Positions 17,875 through 26,204 of a DNA stretch of 63,259 nucleotides are shown in pieces. How positions within the stretch are numbered: the stretch's first letter is position 1; every line of letters starts with the position of its first letter. Source of the DNA: a virus (Duplodnaviria; Caudoviricetes); IMG/VR virus record IMGVR_UViG_3300042112_000104, positions 1 to 63,259 of that record; one strand, written 5' to 3'. Position numbers and translations under genes: made by a program. Below the pieces are notes generated by a model, which was not told the origin of the DNA, made no database searches, and saw only the letters and a list, made by a program, of their open reading frames with translations.

Positions 17875-18249
17875 CTACGAATTAAGAATTGTCAGCGCTT
17901 CTTGGACTGTTTCTTGAAAAGTGTAATCAGGGGCGTCCCAAGTCAGCCTGTCAGCTTGGTCAACCGCATATTCCATTAGGATTGAATTAATCCACGCTCT
18001 GATTGAATTTACTTTTGGAGACGTTTTACCCGCTGCGGTCAGCTTTCCTTCAAGGTCTAGAAGAGTCAGGAGCCTGAGCGATGTAAATCCATTATAAACA
18101 AGCCATTCTTCAGCGCCCATGCCATAATACTCATCTTCTTGGCCTGTTGGTTCGCCCTGAGCGTTATAAAATACCTTCAGATACCCCGTCTTTTGCTGAC
18201 CAGACTGAGGATCTGTGTAGGTATAGCTTTCTATTTTGTATGTGTCGCT
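17875..18249 (-). CDS. Hypothetical, possible tail-fibre assembly chaperone
   Basis: Small acidic ORF directly after a fibre-like gene; exact start uncertain (track gives 18264). Confidence 0.45.
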   Translation of the reverse strand, partial: SDTYKIESYTYTDPQSGQQKTGYLKVFYNAQGEPTGQEDEYYGMGAEEWLVYNGFTSLRLLTLLDLEGKLTAAGKTSPKVNSIRAWINSILMEYAVDQADRLTWDAPDYTFQETVQEALTILNS

Positions 18250-19529
18250 CATGTTCTTGTCCAAAATATATTTGCGTAATGCCTAACAGCAGTAGGTGCC
18301 GTTGTGTGGCTTGGCACAATCACATAAAACGCATATTCGTTAGTAGTGTTCACGGCAATGCTCAACCCAGAATTTTGATAAGAAGACTGTGCAGAGGCAT
18401 AATTCAGACCAGTAAATCCGAAGCTAGTAAATGTTGCAGTGGTTTTGTTATAAATTCCGATTGTAGCAGTTGTTGCATGGCCTGCTCCAACAGTTCCACC
18501 CACCGAAATAGTCGCATTTGCTGCAACAATTGTCCCTGCGTAGGGGAATCGAAATCCGCGCTCAGTAGCTGAAACGGCGGCAACAGCATCGTGCGGATAG
18601 CCGAAATAGTATGTTTGCCCTCCAAGCGCTGGATTCAATCCAGTGGCATGATGTCCTCCAATAGTTGCTGGAGCATTTACGTTACTTGCCGTAGGTGTGA
18701 CGTTTCTCCAAAGAGATCCATCATATCGCAAAATCTGACCCAAAACAGCGCCAGTAATCAAAACGTCATGTAGCTCATCTAGTTCATACCCATTTTGAAC
18801 TTTGACGTAGGCAATGCCGTTTCCTGCGTTGGATCGCTCTACAACTCCAAGAAATACGCTATGAGCAGGGGCAACGGGCTTGGTTTTTTGATATGCGCCG
18901 TTGGTTCCCAAATAGATCGGATCTCCATCATTGAATGGAGAACCTAAATTAAGCTGATCCATCGAACCATACAGGGTAATAGTTCCCTGCGCTCCAGCGG
19001 CCAAGCTAGTGTCATTAATAAATCCTAGAGTGGTTGCTGAAGTGGCATCAGTAGTATTGTCAGCCCGTTTGACCGAAAGTTTGTTCCCCGTGGAACCGAA
19101 TGCATAAACAACAGTTCCGCGAGTCAGAGTTACTGAATCTGCGTTGACTACTGTAGCGATCAGATTGTCTGCATTGCCTGTTCCTCCTGCTACAGCGGCC
19201 TGAACAAACGCTGTTGTAGCAAGCTGGAGCGTGTTTGTTCCTAGTGGAGCAGTGGCGGCTGTTGGTGTGCCCGTCAGATTAACAGACGATTTGATCGTCG
19301 GAGACGGATACAACCCTGAAAGATCTCCTCCCGCTGTTCCAGACGGCGCTGTGCCATTTGTGGCGATGTAATTTAGGGCATAAAGCACTAAATGACGAAA
19401 GTCAGACGTGCTCAAGATTGGAGGCTGAATGTCTAACGCGCCCGGCCCACCAATGTTGTTCAACAACTCCAACACCAACTGCTGGTATTGTGACGTGCTT
19501 AAATTAGGGGGTATTGGAGAATACGGCAT
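18249..19529 (-). CDS. Fibre/decoration-like structural protein
   Basis: LTGTPTAATA...TLQLATTAFVQ fibre motif and ELDELHDV...GQILRYDG motif; immediately after capsid gene. Confidence 0.65.
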   Translation of the reverse strand: MPYSPIPPNLSTSQYQQLVLELLNNIGGPGALDIQPPILSTSDFRHLVLYALNYIATNGTAPSGTAGGDLSGLYPSPTIKSSVNLTGTPTAATAPLGTNTLQLATTAFVQAAVAGGTGNADNLIATVVNADSVTLTRGTVVYAFGSTGNKLSVKRADNTTDATSATTLGFINDTSLAAGAQGTITLYGSMDQLNLGSPFNDGDPIYLGTNGAYQKTKPVAPAHSVFLGVVERSNAGNGIAYVKVQNGYELDELHDVLITGAVLGQILRYDGSLWRNVTPTASNVNAPATIGGHHATGLNPALGGQTYYFGYPHDAVAAVSATERGFRFPYAGTIVAANATISVGGTVGAGHATTATIGIYNKTTATFTSFGFTGLNYASAQSSYQNSGLSIAVNTTNEYAFYVIVPSHTTAPTAVRHYANIFWTRT

Positions 19530-19561
19530 GGCCCTTGTTTTTCTTGGATTTCACCTGATAG

Positions 19562-19590
19562 GGCGGGGGAACGATTGCTCGCCCCCCGCC
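19562..19590 (-). terminator. GC-rich hairpin after major capsid gene (no clear U-tract)
   Basis: GGCGGGGG...CCCCCGCC inverted repeat about 20 nt after the stop. Confidence 0.45.
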
Positions 19591-19610
19591 GTGATCAAGT
19601 GACTTCCAGA

Positions 19611-20819
19611 TTAGAGGCCAGTGGTGCTGGTCGAGCAGGGAAGCGGCAGACCGTCAAACGGGCAGCGCTTATACACGATAGCACAGACGTTCTGCGGACG
19701 AATCGGCTGAATCGCACGGCTGATTTGGTAGATGTGCTGACCAAAGTCGCCATACAGGTTGCAGTCGTTGTCGCGGAAGTAAGTCCACTCCAGTTCACCC
19801 ATCGCAAGCTGCGGGGCAAACTTGAAGGTTCCTTCACCAGTGTAGCTCTCAGGCACCAGACGCTTGAACGCCTCACCAGCGATCACGAACATGACCTCAT
19901 ACGGGGCGCTGACCCATGCCGGGTTACGGCGCTGGGCAAAGCCATTGGTCACAGCCGTGCTGATGATCGGGTTCACAAGCACCAGATTGCCAGAACCATC
20001 GAATCCAGTGGCGCGGAGGGGCTGTTGGTCGATACCAAAAGCGAACCCACGGTAGCCCATGAATTGATAGCCAGAGATGCTCTCTTCACCCAAGCGGAAG
20101 GAGCCAGCCGACAGGTAGTTCAGATCTTCTTTGACATCCGCATCGTTACGGAAGTTTTCGATCTGGTCAGCGGACGCCATAACTTGGAAGAACTCGCCAT
20201 CGCGGGTAGCGAAAGGCTCAGCGAGCATTTCCTCACGCATGAACGTGCCGATCTTGTAGAGCGACTTGAAGTTCATGGGGCCATCAGGCAGAACGGGCGC
20301 AAACAGGGTATTAATCTGCTGCATATCGCCAGTAAGGTTCTGCGAGAAGGTCTGAGTGCTGTTAACGGTGAATTTAATGCCGCACTGTTTCAGATACTGA
20401 TAGCGAATATCGGCATTAATGATCTGCAGGATGGTCTTCTCAAGGGAGACTTGCGCCTGCAAATAGCTGCCTTTAAACGCAGTGCGAGCTTGTTTCACGC
20501 AAACGCGAGGGCCAGCGCCACGGAGGGTCTGAAGCTGGAATTGGTATTCCGTGCTGCCGACCTGATCGGGGGTTGCGCCAACGCCGCAAAGCGTAGTGTC
20601 GTTAACGAATTCGGGTGAAGCCAAGGAGGCTGCAGGAACCGCCATTTCTTCGACAACGGAGCGGACAACGTCAGAGACGTTGGGAAGCGTTCCACCATCG
20701 ATGGAGTTAATATAGGGTGATTTGCGCGCAAGAACGCGACCAATCTGCCCAATGATGCGATTGACATCCTTGGAGGCGAAATTTTGGATCGTCGCCAAGG
20801 GAATACATTCATTAGCCAT
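19611..20819 (-). CDS. Major capsid protein
   Basis: 402 aa, C-ending codon bias suggesting high expression, own upstream promoter/leader and downstream hairpin, downstream of portal and scaffold. Confidence 0.75.
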   Translation of the reverse strand: MANECIPLATIQNFASKDVNRIIGQIGRVLARKSPYINSIDGGTLPNVSDVVRSVVEEMAVPAASLASPEFVNDTTLCGVGATPDQVGSTEYQFQLQTLRGAGPRVCVKQARTAFKGSYLQAQVSLEKTILQIINADIRYQYLKQCGIKFTVNSTQTFSQNLTGDMQQINTLFAPVLPDGPMNFKSLYKIGTFMREEMLAEPFATRDGEFFQVMASADQIENFRNDADVKEDLNYLSAGSFRLGEESISGYQFMGYRGFAFGIDQQPLRATGFDGSGNLVLVNPIISTAVTNGFAQRRNPAWVSAPYEVMFVIAGEAFKRLVPESYTGEGTFKFAPQLAMGELEWTYFRDNDCNLYGDFGQHIYQISRAIQPIRPQNVCAIVYKRCPFDGLPLPCSTSTTGL

Positions 20820-21030
20820 AGTTTTAGGATTTTTTGGTTTTAAGGTTTTGCCCCTAAAGCCGTCCCAAAACTCTTCGGGGCGACATTAGAAGCGGAATTC
20901 CCACGGGTGCGGGAAAGTTGCTTTTTCAGTCGCACCCGGCACGTTGGTGCATTGTTTTCGGCCTGTCTCGCAACGCTGGTGACCGTTGCTGGTCGCTGCT
21001 ATACGGAAGCAGTATCCCGATCTGTCGCAA

Positions 21031-21059
21031 CACCTACAAGTTTGCCTCGTTTTTGTCAA
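21031..21059 (-). promoter_or_regulatory. Putative promoter for capsid gene
   Basis: TTGACA, 17 bp spacer, weak -10 (TAGGTG), A-tract upstream. Confidence 0.4.
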
Positions 21060-21774
21060 GCGCCTTTTTTATGGCCGAATCTATGGGGGCAAAATCCCCA
21101 TCTATAGAATAGTGGGCGTCTTCATATCGGACAATTGAATCAGGAAGCGGAGGGTGCGTCTCTTGGATAACGGGATGATTTAAGCCAGCGGCTATCCAAA
21201 ACGGTGCAGATTGATTTCCGATAAATATGGAGCTTCCTTCGATCAGTTGCGCCAATTCTAGAAGATTGTTTACGGCCAAACAGTTCACGTTCCCAAAGCG
21301 CGAGATAAAGTCGCCCCTTTCATCGTAAAGACCCACAAATATGATTTCTCTTCGGTATTTCTCAACGATTTGCGCCCAAGGAAATGAGTCGTTTCGATAC
21401 CTGTGCGACCTACAGCACATAATTCTTCCGTTTGTGCGGTTGTCTGGAGGCACATCAAGCCACCTGAACGTGCTCGGATCGTCAATTCCAAGCGTTTTTG
21501 CCTGCATCCCAATGATTGGATATTGACCCCAATATTTTCGGAACCCCGTTACATCGTAATCGATGTTTTCAGGATGTTTTTCGTATGTGACTGAGTGGAT
21601 ATACGGCTGGATTTCCAGCAGAGGCTTCAATGAGTCATATTTGAAGCCTTCCATCAGCAAATGCGGCTGATGGTTGTGGTCAGTAATGACAAGATCCCCT
21701 CCGCCAAGCGCTCTCATGCTTGGCAAGAAGGCAATAACGTCTCCTATGTGCCCCGAATGAAGGAATCTGCTCAT
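21034..21774 (-). CDS. Glycosyltransferase, GT-B/GT9 (heptosyltransferase)-like
   Basis: HSGHIGDVI N-terminal motif and LLELAQLIEGSSIFIGNQSAPFWIAAGL motif. Confidence 0.75.
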   Translation of the reverse strand: MSRFLHSGHIGDVIAFLPSMRALGGGDLVITDHNHQPHLLMEGFKYDSLKPLLEIQPYIHSVTYEKHPENIDYDVTGFRKYWGQYPIIGMQAKTLGIDDPSTFRWLDVPPDNRTNGRIMCCRSHRYRNDSFPWAQIVEKYRREIIFVGLYDERGDFISRFGNVNCLAVNNLLELAQLIEGSSIFIGNQSAPFWIAAGLNHPVIQETHPPLPDSIVRYEDAHYSIDGDFAPIDSAIKKALDKNEANL

Positions 21775-21788
21775 TGATGAAGGTCATT

Positions 21789-22376
21789 TTATTTCAGGCA
21801 TTCAAGCATTGATGCAGACTTTGAGCTTTCCCGTGTTTTTTTTGCGTGAAACACAAGCGGAATTATTTCATCAAGTCCTGCCGACACGTTCAGAACGTCT
21901 GACTCGTTTCTTGCTACTCCGTTTTCGTCTAGAGGCTCTGCAATGAACTTTGCCAATGCTGCTGCACAGTGCTGCTGCGTTGCGAAAAACAAGTATGCAG
22001 GCTCTCCTTCGATACAAAGAAGTGTGGCACCCTTTTCTTTTTCTTCCGCAAGACTTGCTGGAAGGTTCAAATTAACAACATCGTAGTCACACATCCACCC
22101 GCCCCCTGCAGCGTGTAAAGCGCACCACCTTCTATATCGTGCCGCAACCTTGGAATACTCGTCTCCTGTGTTGGCTCCAAGAATGCGAGCAAGTTCGACA
22201 AGTTTTTTCGTCAGCTTGAAGTAGAAGTTGCTGTTTTTGGCATGAGATCCGTTAAGCATGACAGCTTCCCAGCCATGTTTTTCCCAAGATGCCTTCCAAG
22301 CATTGGCGCAAGCGAATTGCTCTTCTTGCGGGAATGCCTGCAATGACTCGTAGTATGCGTAAATCTTTTTTTTCAT
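21789..22376 (-). CDS. Putative GT-A glycosyltransferase (GT32/DxD sugar-binding-like)
   Basis: SWEKHGWE and RWCALHAAGGGWMCDYD resemble the R..L...GG...DxD motif. Confidence 0.6.
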   Translation of the reverse strand: MKKKIYAYYESLQAFPQEEQFACANAWKASWEKHGWEAVMLNGSHAKNSNFYFKLTKKLVELARILGANTGDEYSKVAARYRRWCALHAAGGGWMCDYDVVNLNLPASLAEEKEKGATLLCIEGEPAYLFFATQQHCAAALAKFIAEPLDENGVARNESDVLNVSAGLDEIIPLVFHAKKTRESSKSASMLECLK

Positions 22377-23518
22377 CCGTAGATTTTATAGCCAACGTGA
22401 TAAACAGGCAGTCCAAGATCTATGTGAGCCTGATGTCCTGCGTCTTTTGCTCTGAGGCAGAAAGAAACGTCTTCTCCCCGTTCGGCATCAAACTCCCTGA
22501 AATAATCGTAATCATAGTCTGGAGTATTGACCTTTAACGAATCTCCGAATTTCTCGCGGATGGCAGAAAACACGTTTCTGTGAATAAGCAGGCATCCTGT
22601 GGCTACCCAATCAACAGCGACAACAGCGTCTTCGCTGTTTTGGACGCGAGAGGCCAGTTCTCGGTTTGAACACATAAGAAGCCCGTTCTCTTGCCGCCCA
22701 AAATAAGCGCCACCGACAAGTGTTTTGCCGCTTCCGATAAGCCTGTGGAGAACATGGCGCTGAAGGGCCACTTCGGTTTTGTTTCGGGACGGCGGCACCC
22801 AATAACGCATCCAATTCGGTCTGCCAATGCACGGGACGATATCGTCATCGATCATTAGAAGGTATTTGGCATCCGTCTCTAAAAACTTAGCTGCCATACG
22901 GTTCCTTGAGTGACCAATTTTTGCGTCTCCAAGACACATCTCAAAGCGCAGCTTGTCTTTACCGAAATCCAAGGCCATAGCCATGCAAGCCTGCATGGTA
23001 AGCCCGTTATGCGGCCCCTTGTGGAAGCAGCATCCCAGCATGATATCGCGGCCCGTGAATTCGCACCGATAAGACGGCGCTCCCTCAGGGGATCTGGATT
23101 CTATGATGGGATTTTTGAAGTCAGGATCAGAAACAGGTTCTGGCGCTGGCTCAACTTTAGACAAAGCCTTTTCTTTCTTTGGTTTTTCAGGCTTTGCTGG
23201 CTTGGACGATGTTTTGATCTGAACCTGTCGGACGGGCTTTTCAGCCTTCGGCGGTTCTTCGATTGGCTTGGCCTCTTTTTCCGTTGGAATCTGAGCCTTC
23301 TCATCAAATCGCGTCAAATCGCGATTGGTTGGAGGGACATACGGTTGTTTTAGCTCAACGGAGGGTTGCCCCGGTCTTGCAAACGGATCTACAGAATCCA
23401 AGGCATTGAGTGTGATTTTTTCGTCGGGACTTACGCGAATATTAGACATGATTTTATTTAGTTTATCCTGAAGAAACGCTTTCGTTTCTTTCAATGTATT
23501 TATGGTGATGCCCATCAC
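22373..23518 (-). CDS. GT-A (GT2-like) glycosyltransferase with Pro/Lys/Glu-rich N-terminal extension
   Basis: SRNRMA...YLLMIDDD (DxD), TGCLLIHRNVF, GEDVSFC and terminal H motifs. Confidence 0.75.
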   Translation of the reverse strand: MMGITINTLKETKAFLQDKLNKIMSNIRVSPDEKITLNALDSVDPFARPGQPSVELKQPYVPPTNRDLTRFDEKAQIPTEKEAKPIEEPPKAEKPVRQVQIKTSSKPAKPEKPKKEKALSKVEPAPEPVSDPDFKNPIIESRSPEGAPSYRCEFTGRDIMLGCCFHKGPHNGLTMQACMAMALDFGKDKLRFEMCLGDAKIGHSRNRMAAKFLETDAKYLLMIDDDIVPCIGRPNWMRYWVPPSRNKTEVALQRHVLHRLIGSGKTLVGGAYFGRQENGLLMCSNRELASRVQNSEDAVVAVDWVATGCLLIHRNVFSAIREKFGDSLKVNTPDYDYDYFREFDAERGEDVSFCLRAKDAGHQAHIDLGLPVYHVGYKIYG

Positions 23519-24795
23519 GCACCAGCCTCATCAAGCCCCATATCAATGGCATCACTTGCCGACATTTTGATTCTGTCGCTCAAGCTGCTACCCTTGCTCG
23601 CATTAGATCCAGTAACGGTGCTGCGGGGCATACGTGAAGCCCCTTTGATCTTGCTGTTCTCGTCGTTGAGCTTTTTGAGTTGAGCCTCAAGCCGTTGACG
23701 GGCCTGTTGTTCAATTTGAAGTTGCTCAACCAGAACGTGAGAAAATACGGCGGCTGCTGCAACTTCAGCGCGTTCCTGAGACGTTGTGGGCCAAAGGGCG
23801 GATTCAAATTTGTCCGCCAAGTCAGCCACCTTCGCATTGTGCTTTTCAATGGCCGCTCGCTCTTCTGGAGTCGCCGTTGGATTCGGCTCATAAAACCGCG
23901 CCCACGGGATCTCTTTGGTCACATTGTCAATGTGCTTATAAATCTGGGAACGCTCGTTTTCATACCAGTGCAGATTGGCTTCTCCGCGCTTAACCATGAA
24001 TTGCTCAATGTTGTTAGCGGCCTGTTCCAGTTCGGTTTGTTGTGCGGTTTTGAGTTTGTGAATTTCTTTCAACCCGTCCTTCAACACTTCCGCATCAAGC
24101 ATCGGCAATTTGTCGATTGCGTTAGCTTTCCACCAGTTCTGATCAATCTTGTCTGGGCCACCAGCCTTCTCAATTGACGCGATTACTTCATCTGAAGCGC
24201 CGTGCTTACGCAAAAGACCATAAATCGTATCTTTTGCGCTGTTGATTGGCTTGTCGTATCTGGCTTGGAATTCTGAGTCGTTCTTGAGATCAAAAATCTG
24301 CCTGAACTTTTTGAGATCTTCGTAGTCTTGCGGGATTTGTTGCTGGCCCGATTCGACCTGTTGAAGCCTTTGGCGCAATGCCTCGGCTTCTTGCGCCTGA
24401 CGCTTGTAAATAGACGCAGTTTCCTGAAGTTTTTTCCAGTTATTGCGATTGGCCTCTGAGAGGTTTCTCGGTTGCTCAATAGAAGCAATTTCTGGATCAA
24501 TTTCGGTTACTTCTGCGGCTTGTGGCGCTGTAGGCTGTTGTGCTAATGGCTGTTCAAGCGCTGCCTTTACATCTGCCGTCGATACTGGCTCAGGAGCTTC
24601 TGGCGCTTGTTCAGGCTCAATGGAGCCTTCTGTCTCTTTAACAGCTTCATCCAGCAGCGAATCAATCGCTGCATCGGTATCATCGCTGATCCTGTCGGCA
24701 TCCAGTGACGGATTTCCAAAAGAAGCTGCTGCTGTTGGTTCTGGAACAGTATTGTCTTGTTCCTGTGTCGGTTCTGTATCGATGTCAGTTGTCAT
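23515..24795 (-). CDS. Putative capsid scaffolding protein
   Basis: Acidic disordered N-terminus, long coiled coils, between portal and capsid. Confidence 0.55.
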   Translation of the reverse strand: MTTDIDTEPTQEQDNTVPEPTAAASFGNPSLDADRISDDTDAAIDSLLDEAVKETEGSIEPEQAPEAPEPVSTADVKAALEQPLAQQPTAPQAAEVTEIDPEIASIEQPRNLSEANRNNWKKLQETASIYKRQAQEAEALRQRLQQVESGQQQIPQDYEDLKKFRQIFDLKNDSEFQARYDKPINSAKDTIYGLLRKHGASDEVIASIEKAGGPDKIDQNWWKANAIDKLPMLDAEVLKDGLKEIHKLKTAQQTELEQAANNIEQFMVKRGEANLHWYENERSQIYKHIDNVTKEIPWARFYEPNPTATPEERAAIEKHNAKVADLADKFESALWPTTSQERAEVAAAAVFSHVLVEQLQIEQQARQRLEAQLKKLNDENSKIKGASRMPRSTVTGSNASKGSSLSDRIKMSASDAIDMGLDEAGA

Positions 24796-24800
24796 AGATT

Positions 24801-25058
24801 TTATTTATTTCGCATGGATTTTGCGCCACGGCATTTCCATTTTTTCCTAGAAAGATTGTTTGGCGAATTGGGATCGTCTTTCCAATCGCCCTTTATTTTG
24901 AGCGAGCGAGCACAATAGGCATCACCCTTCTTTGTGCCGGGTCGAATGCGGTCTTTGCCATCTTTGGCCTTTCCAGCCTGACCATACTTTACCGTGCGGG
25001 TTCTCCCCGTTGCCTTATTGGTCACGATTTTGGTGAAACGCTTTTTGATGGTAGCCAT
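24801..25058 (-). CDS. Small highly basic phage protein
   Basis: KYGQAG...YCARS...SPNNLSRKKWKC; start at MATIKK. Confidence 0.65.
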   Translation of the reverse strand: MATIKKRFTKIVTNKATGRTRTVKYGQAGKAKDGKDRIRPGTKKGDAYCARSLKIKGDWKDDPNSPNNLSRKKWKCRGAKSMRNK

Positions 25059-25068
25059 AAATTTCTTG

Positions 25069-25308
25069 CTACATTTCTGCAAACTTGCCGCTCGACGGAT
25101 CAAAGTTTTGCACAGGGTCTGCCAACATTTCTTGAACGTCTTTGACTGCTTTTTCATAGCCTTCCTTGTATTTTGCTTCTAGCGCCACGGTTTCAATGGT
25201 TTTTCCATTGCAAAGAGGGATGCGAGACAGCAAGACCTGAAGCAATTTGCCTCCAGATCGTTTATGATAGTCTCGGAACAATGCTATGTCGGATTCTTCC
25301 CAATTCAT
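25069..25308 (-). CDS. Hypothetical protein
   Basis: MNWEES start overlapping the upstream stop. Confidence 0.55.
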   Translation of the reverse strand: MNWEESDIALFRDYHKRSGGKLLQVLLSRIPLCNGKTIETVALEAKYKEGYEKAVKDVQEMLADPVQNFDPSSGKFAEM

Positions 25309-25916
25309 TTTATGTATTGTTTTAGTATTAGTATGCGGTCTTCGTTCGGAAGGCTTGGCAAGTGTAGGGCAAAGTCTCCTTGTTGCCAAGAAGCCAGCCT
25401 GCAGTTTGGGTAGTCATATGCGCCAGCATGATATGAATTAAGTTCGCGCTGCGGAACATAGTGAACGATCCCCGCATACGGGTATGCGGAAGAAAAATGT
25501 TGGAGAGCCTGCTGTTCTCCATTGGGCCTGTCTCCAAATAGAGTTTTCCCATGAGTCCTGCAGGCATAGAAATACGCTTTTGACCAAGGAGTGTTTCTGA
25601 TCAGAATTACTCCTGCATTTAGCCCGTTTACGTCCGCCGTGAGAAAAACATCCGCCGCTGGATTCTCGTCCAGAATCCAAGTTATTGGCTTCGGATTGGT
25701 TATCAGCACATCGGCATCCAGCCAAAGGACTGACGTATAATCCTTTTCTAGATATTGGCTGATGAAGTTTAATTTTTCCCACAGACTATTCTCCTGATCT
25801 ACAACAACGGCATCTTGATGCCATCCGTGTTGTTCCGCGAATCGAACATGGCTGGGTATGGTTAGATCGGCAACAGCCTGCATATTTTCAGAATACAGGC
25901 TGATGACGGCTCTCAT
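25305..25916 (-). CDS. Glycosyltransferase, GT34 (GMA12/MNN10)-like
   Basis: WEKL...VLWLDADVLITN...GLNAGVILIRNT.WS...EQQAL...GDFALHLP. Confidence 0.8.
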   Translation of the reverse strand: MRAVISLYSENMQAVADLTIPSHVRFAEQHGWHQDAVVVDQENSLWEKLNFISQYLEKDYTSVLWLDADVLITNPKPITWILDENPAADVFLTADVNGLNAGVILIRNTPWSKAYFYACRTHGKTLFGDRPNGEQQALQHFSSAYPYAGIVHYVPQRELNSYHAGAYDYPNCRLASWQQGDFALHLPSLPNEDRILILKQYIK

Positions 25917-26200
25917 TTTTTCATTCCCTTAGTCAAAACGGCGCGGTCAGCCTTCTCTTGGCGGACATCTCGGAAGTTCGGCTTGCCCTCGCGCATTTGT
26001 TTGCGCGATTTTTTGATGTTCGGCATAGATTCGTCCCACGCTTTTTCAAAATCGGCTTCGTAGTCGATTTTTTTGATGGGTTCCATCTTCCGCATCTTTG
26101 GCATAGCCATCATTTTCTTTTTTTCCATTAGCATATAGCCGCCCTTGCCAGTGCGCTTGGACGGAGGTGCTCCTTTGGATGCTTTCATTTCATTTTTCAT
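25913..26200 (-). CDS. Small Lys/Met-rich protein
   Basis: ORF tiles between portal and GT34-like gene. Confidence 0.55.
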   Translation of the reverse strand: MKNEMKASKGAPPSKRTGKGGYMLMEKKKMMAMPKMRKMEPIKKIDYEADFEKAWDESMPNIKKSRKQMREGKPNFRDVRQEKADRAVLTKGMKK

Positions 26201-26204
26201 GTTT

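Noticed and set aside
19575-20618. 347-aa + strand ORF
   Set aside because: Antisense to the codon-biased capsid gene; typical non-stop shadow frame
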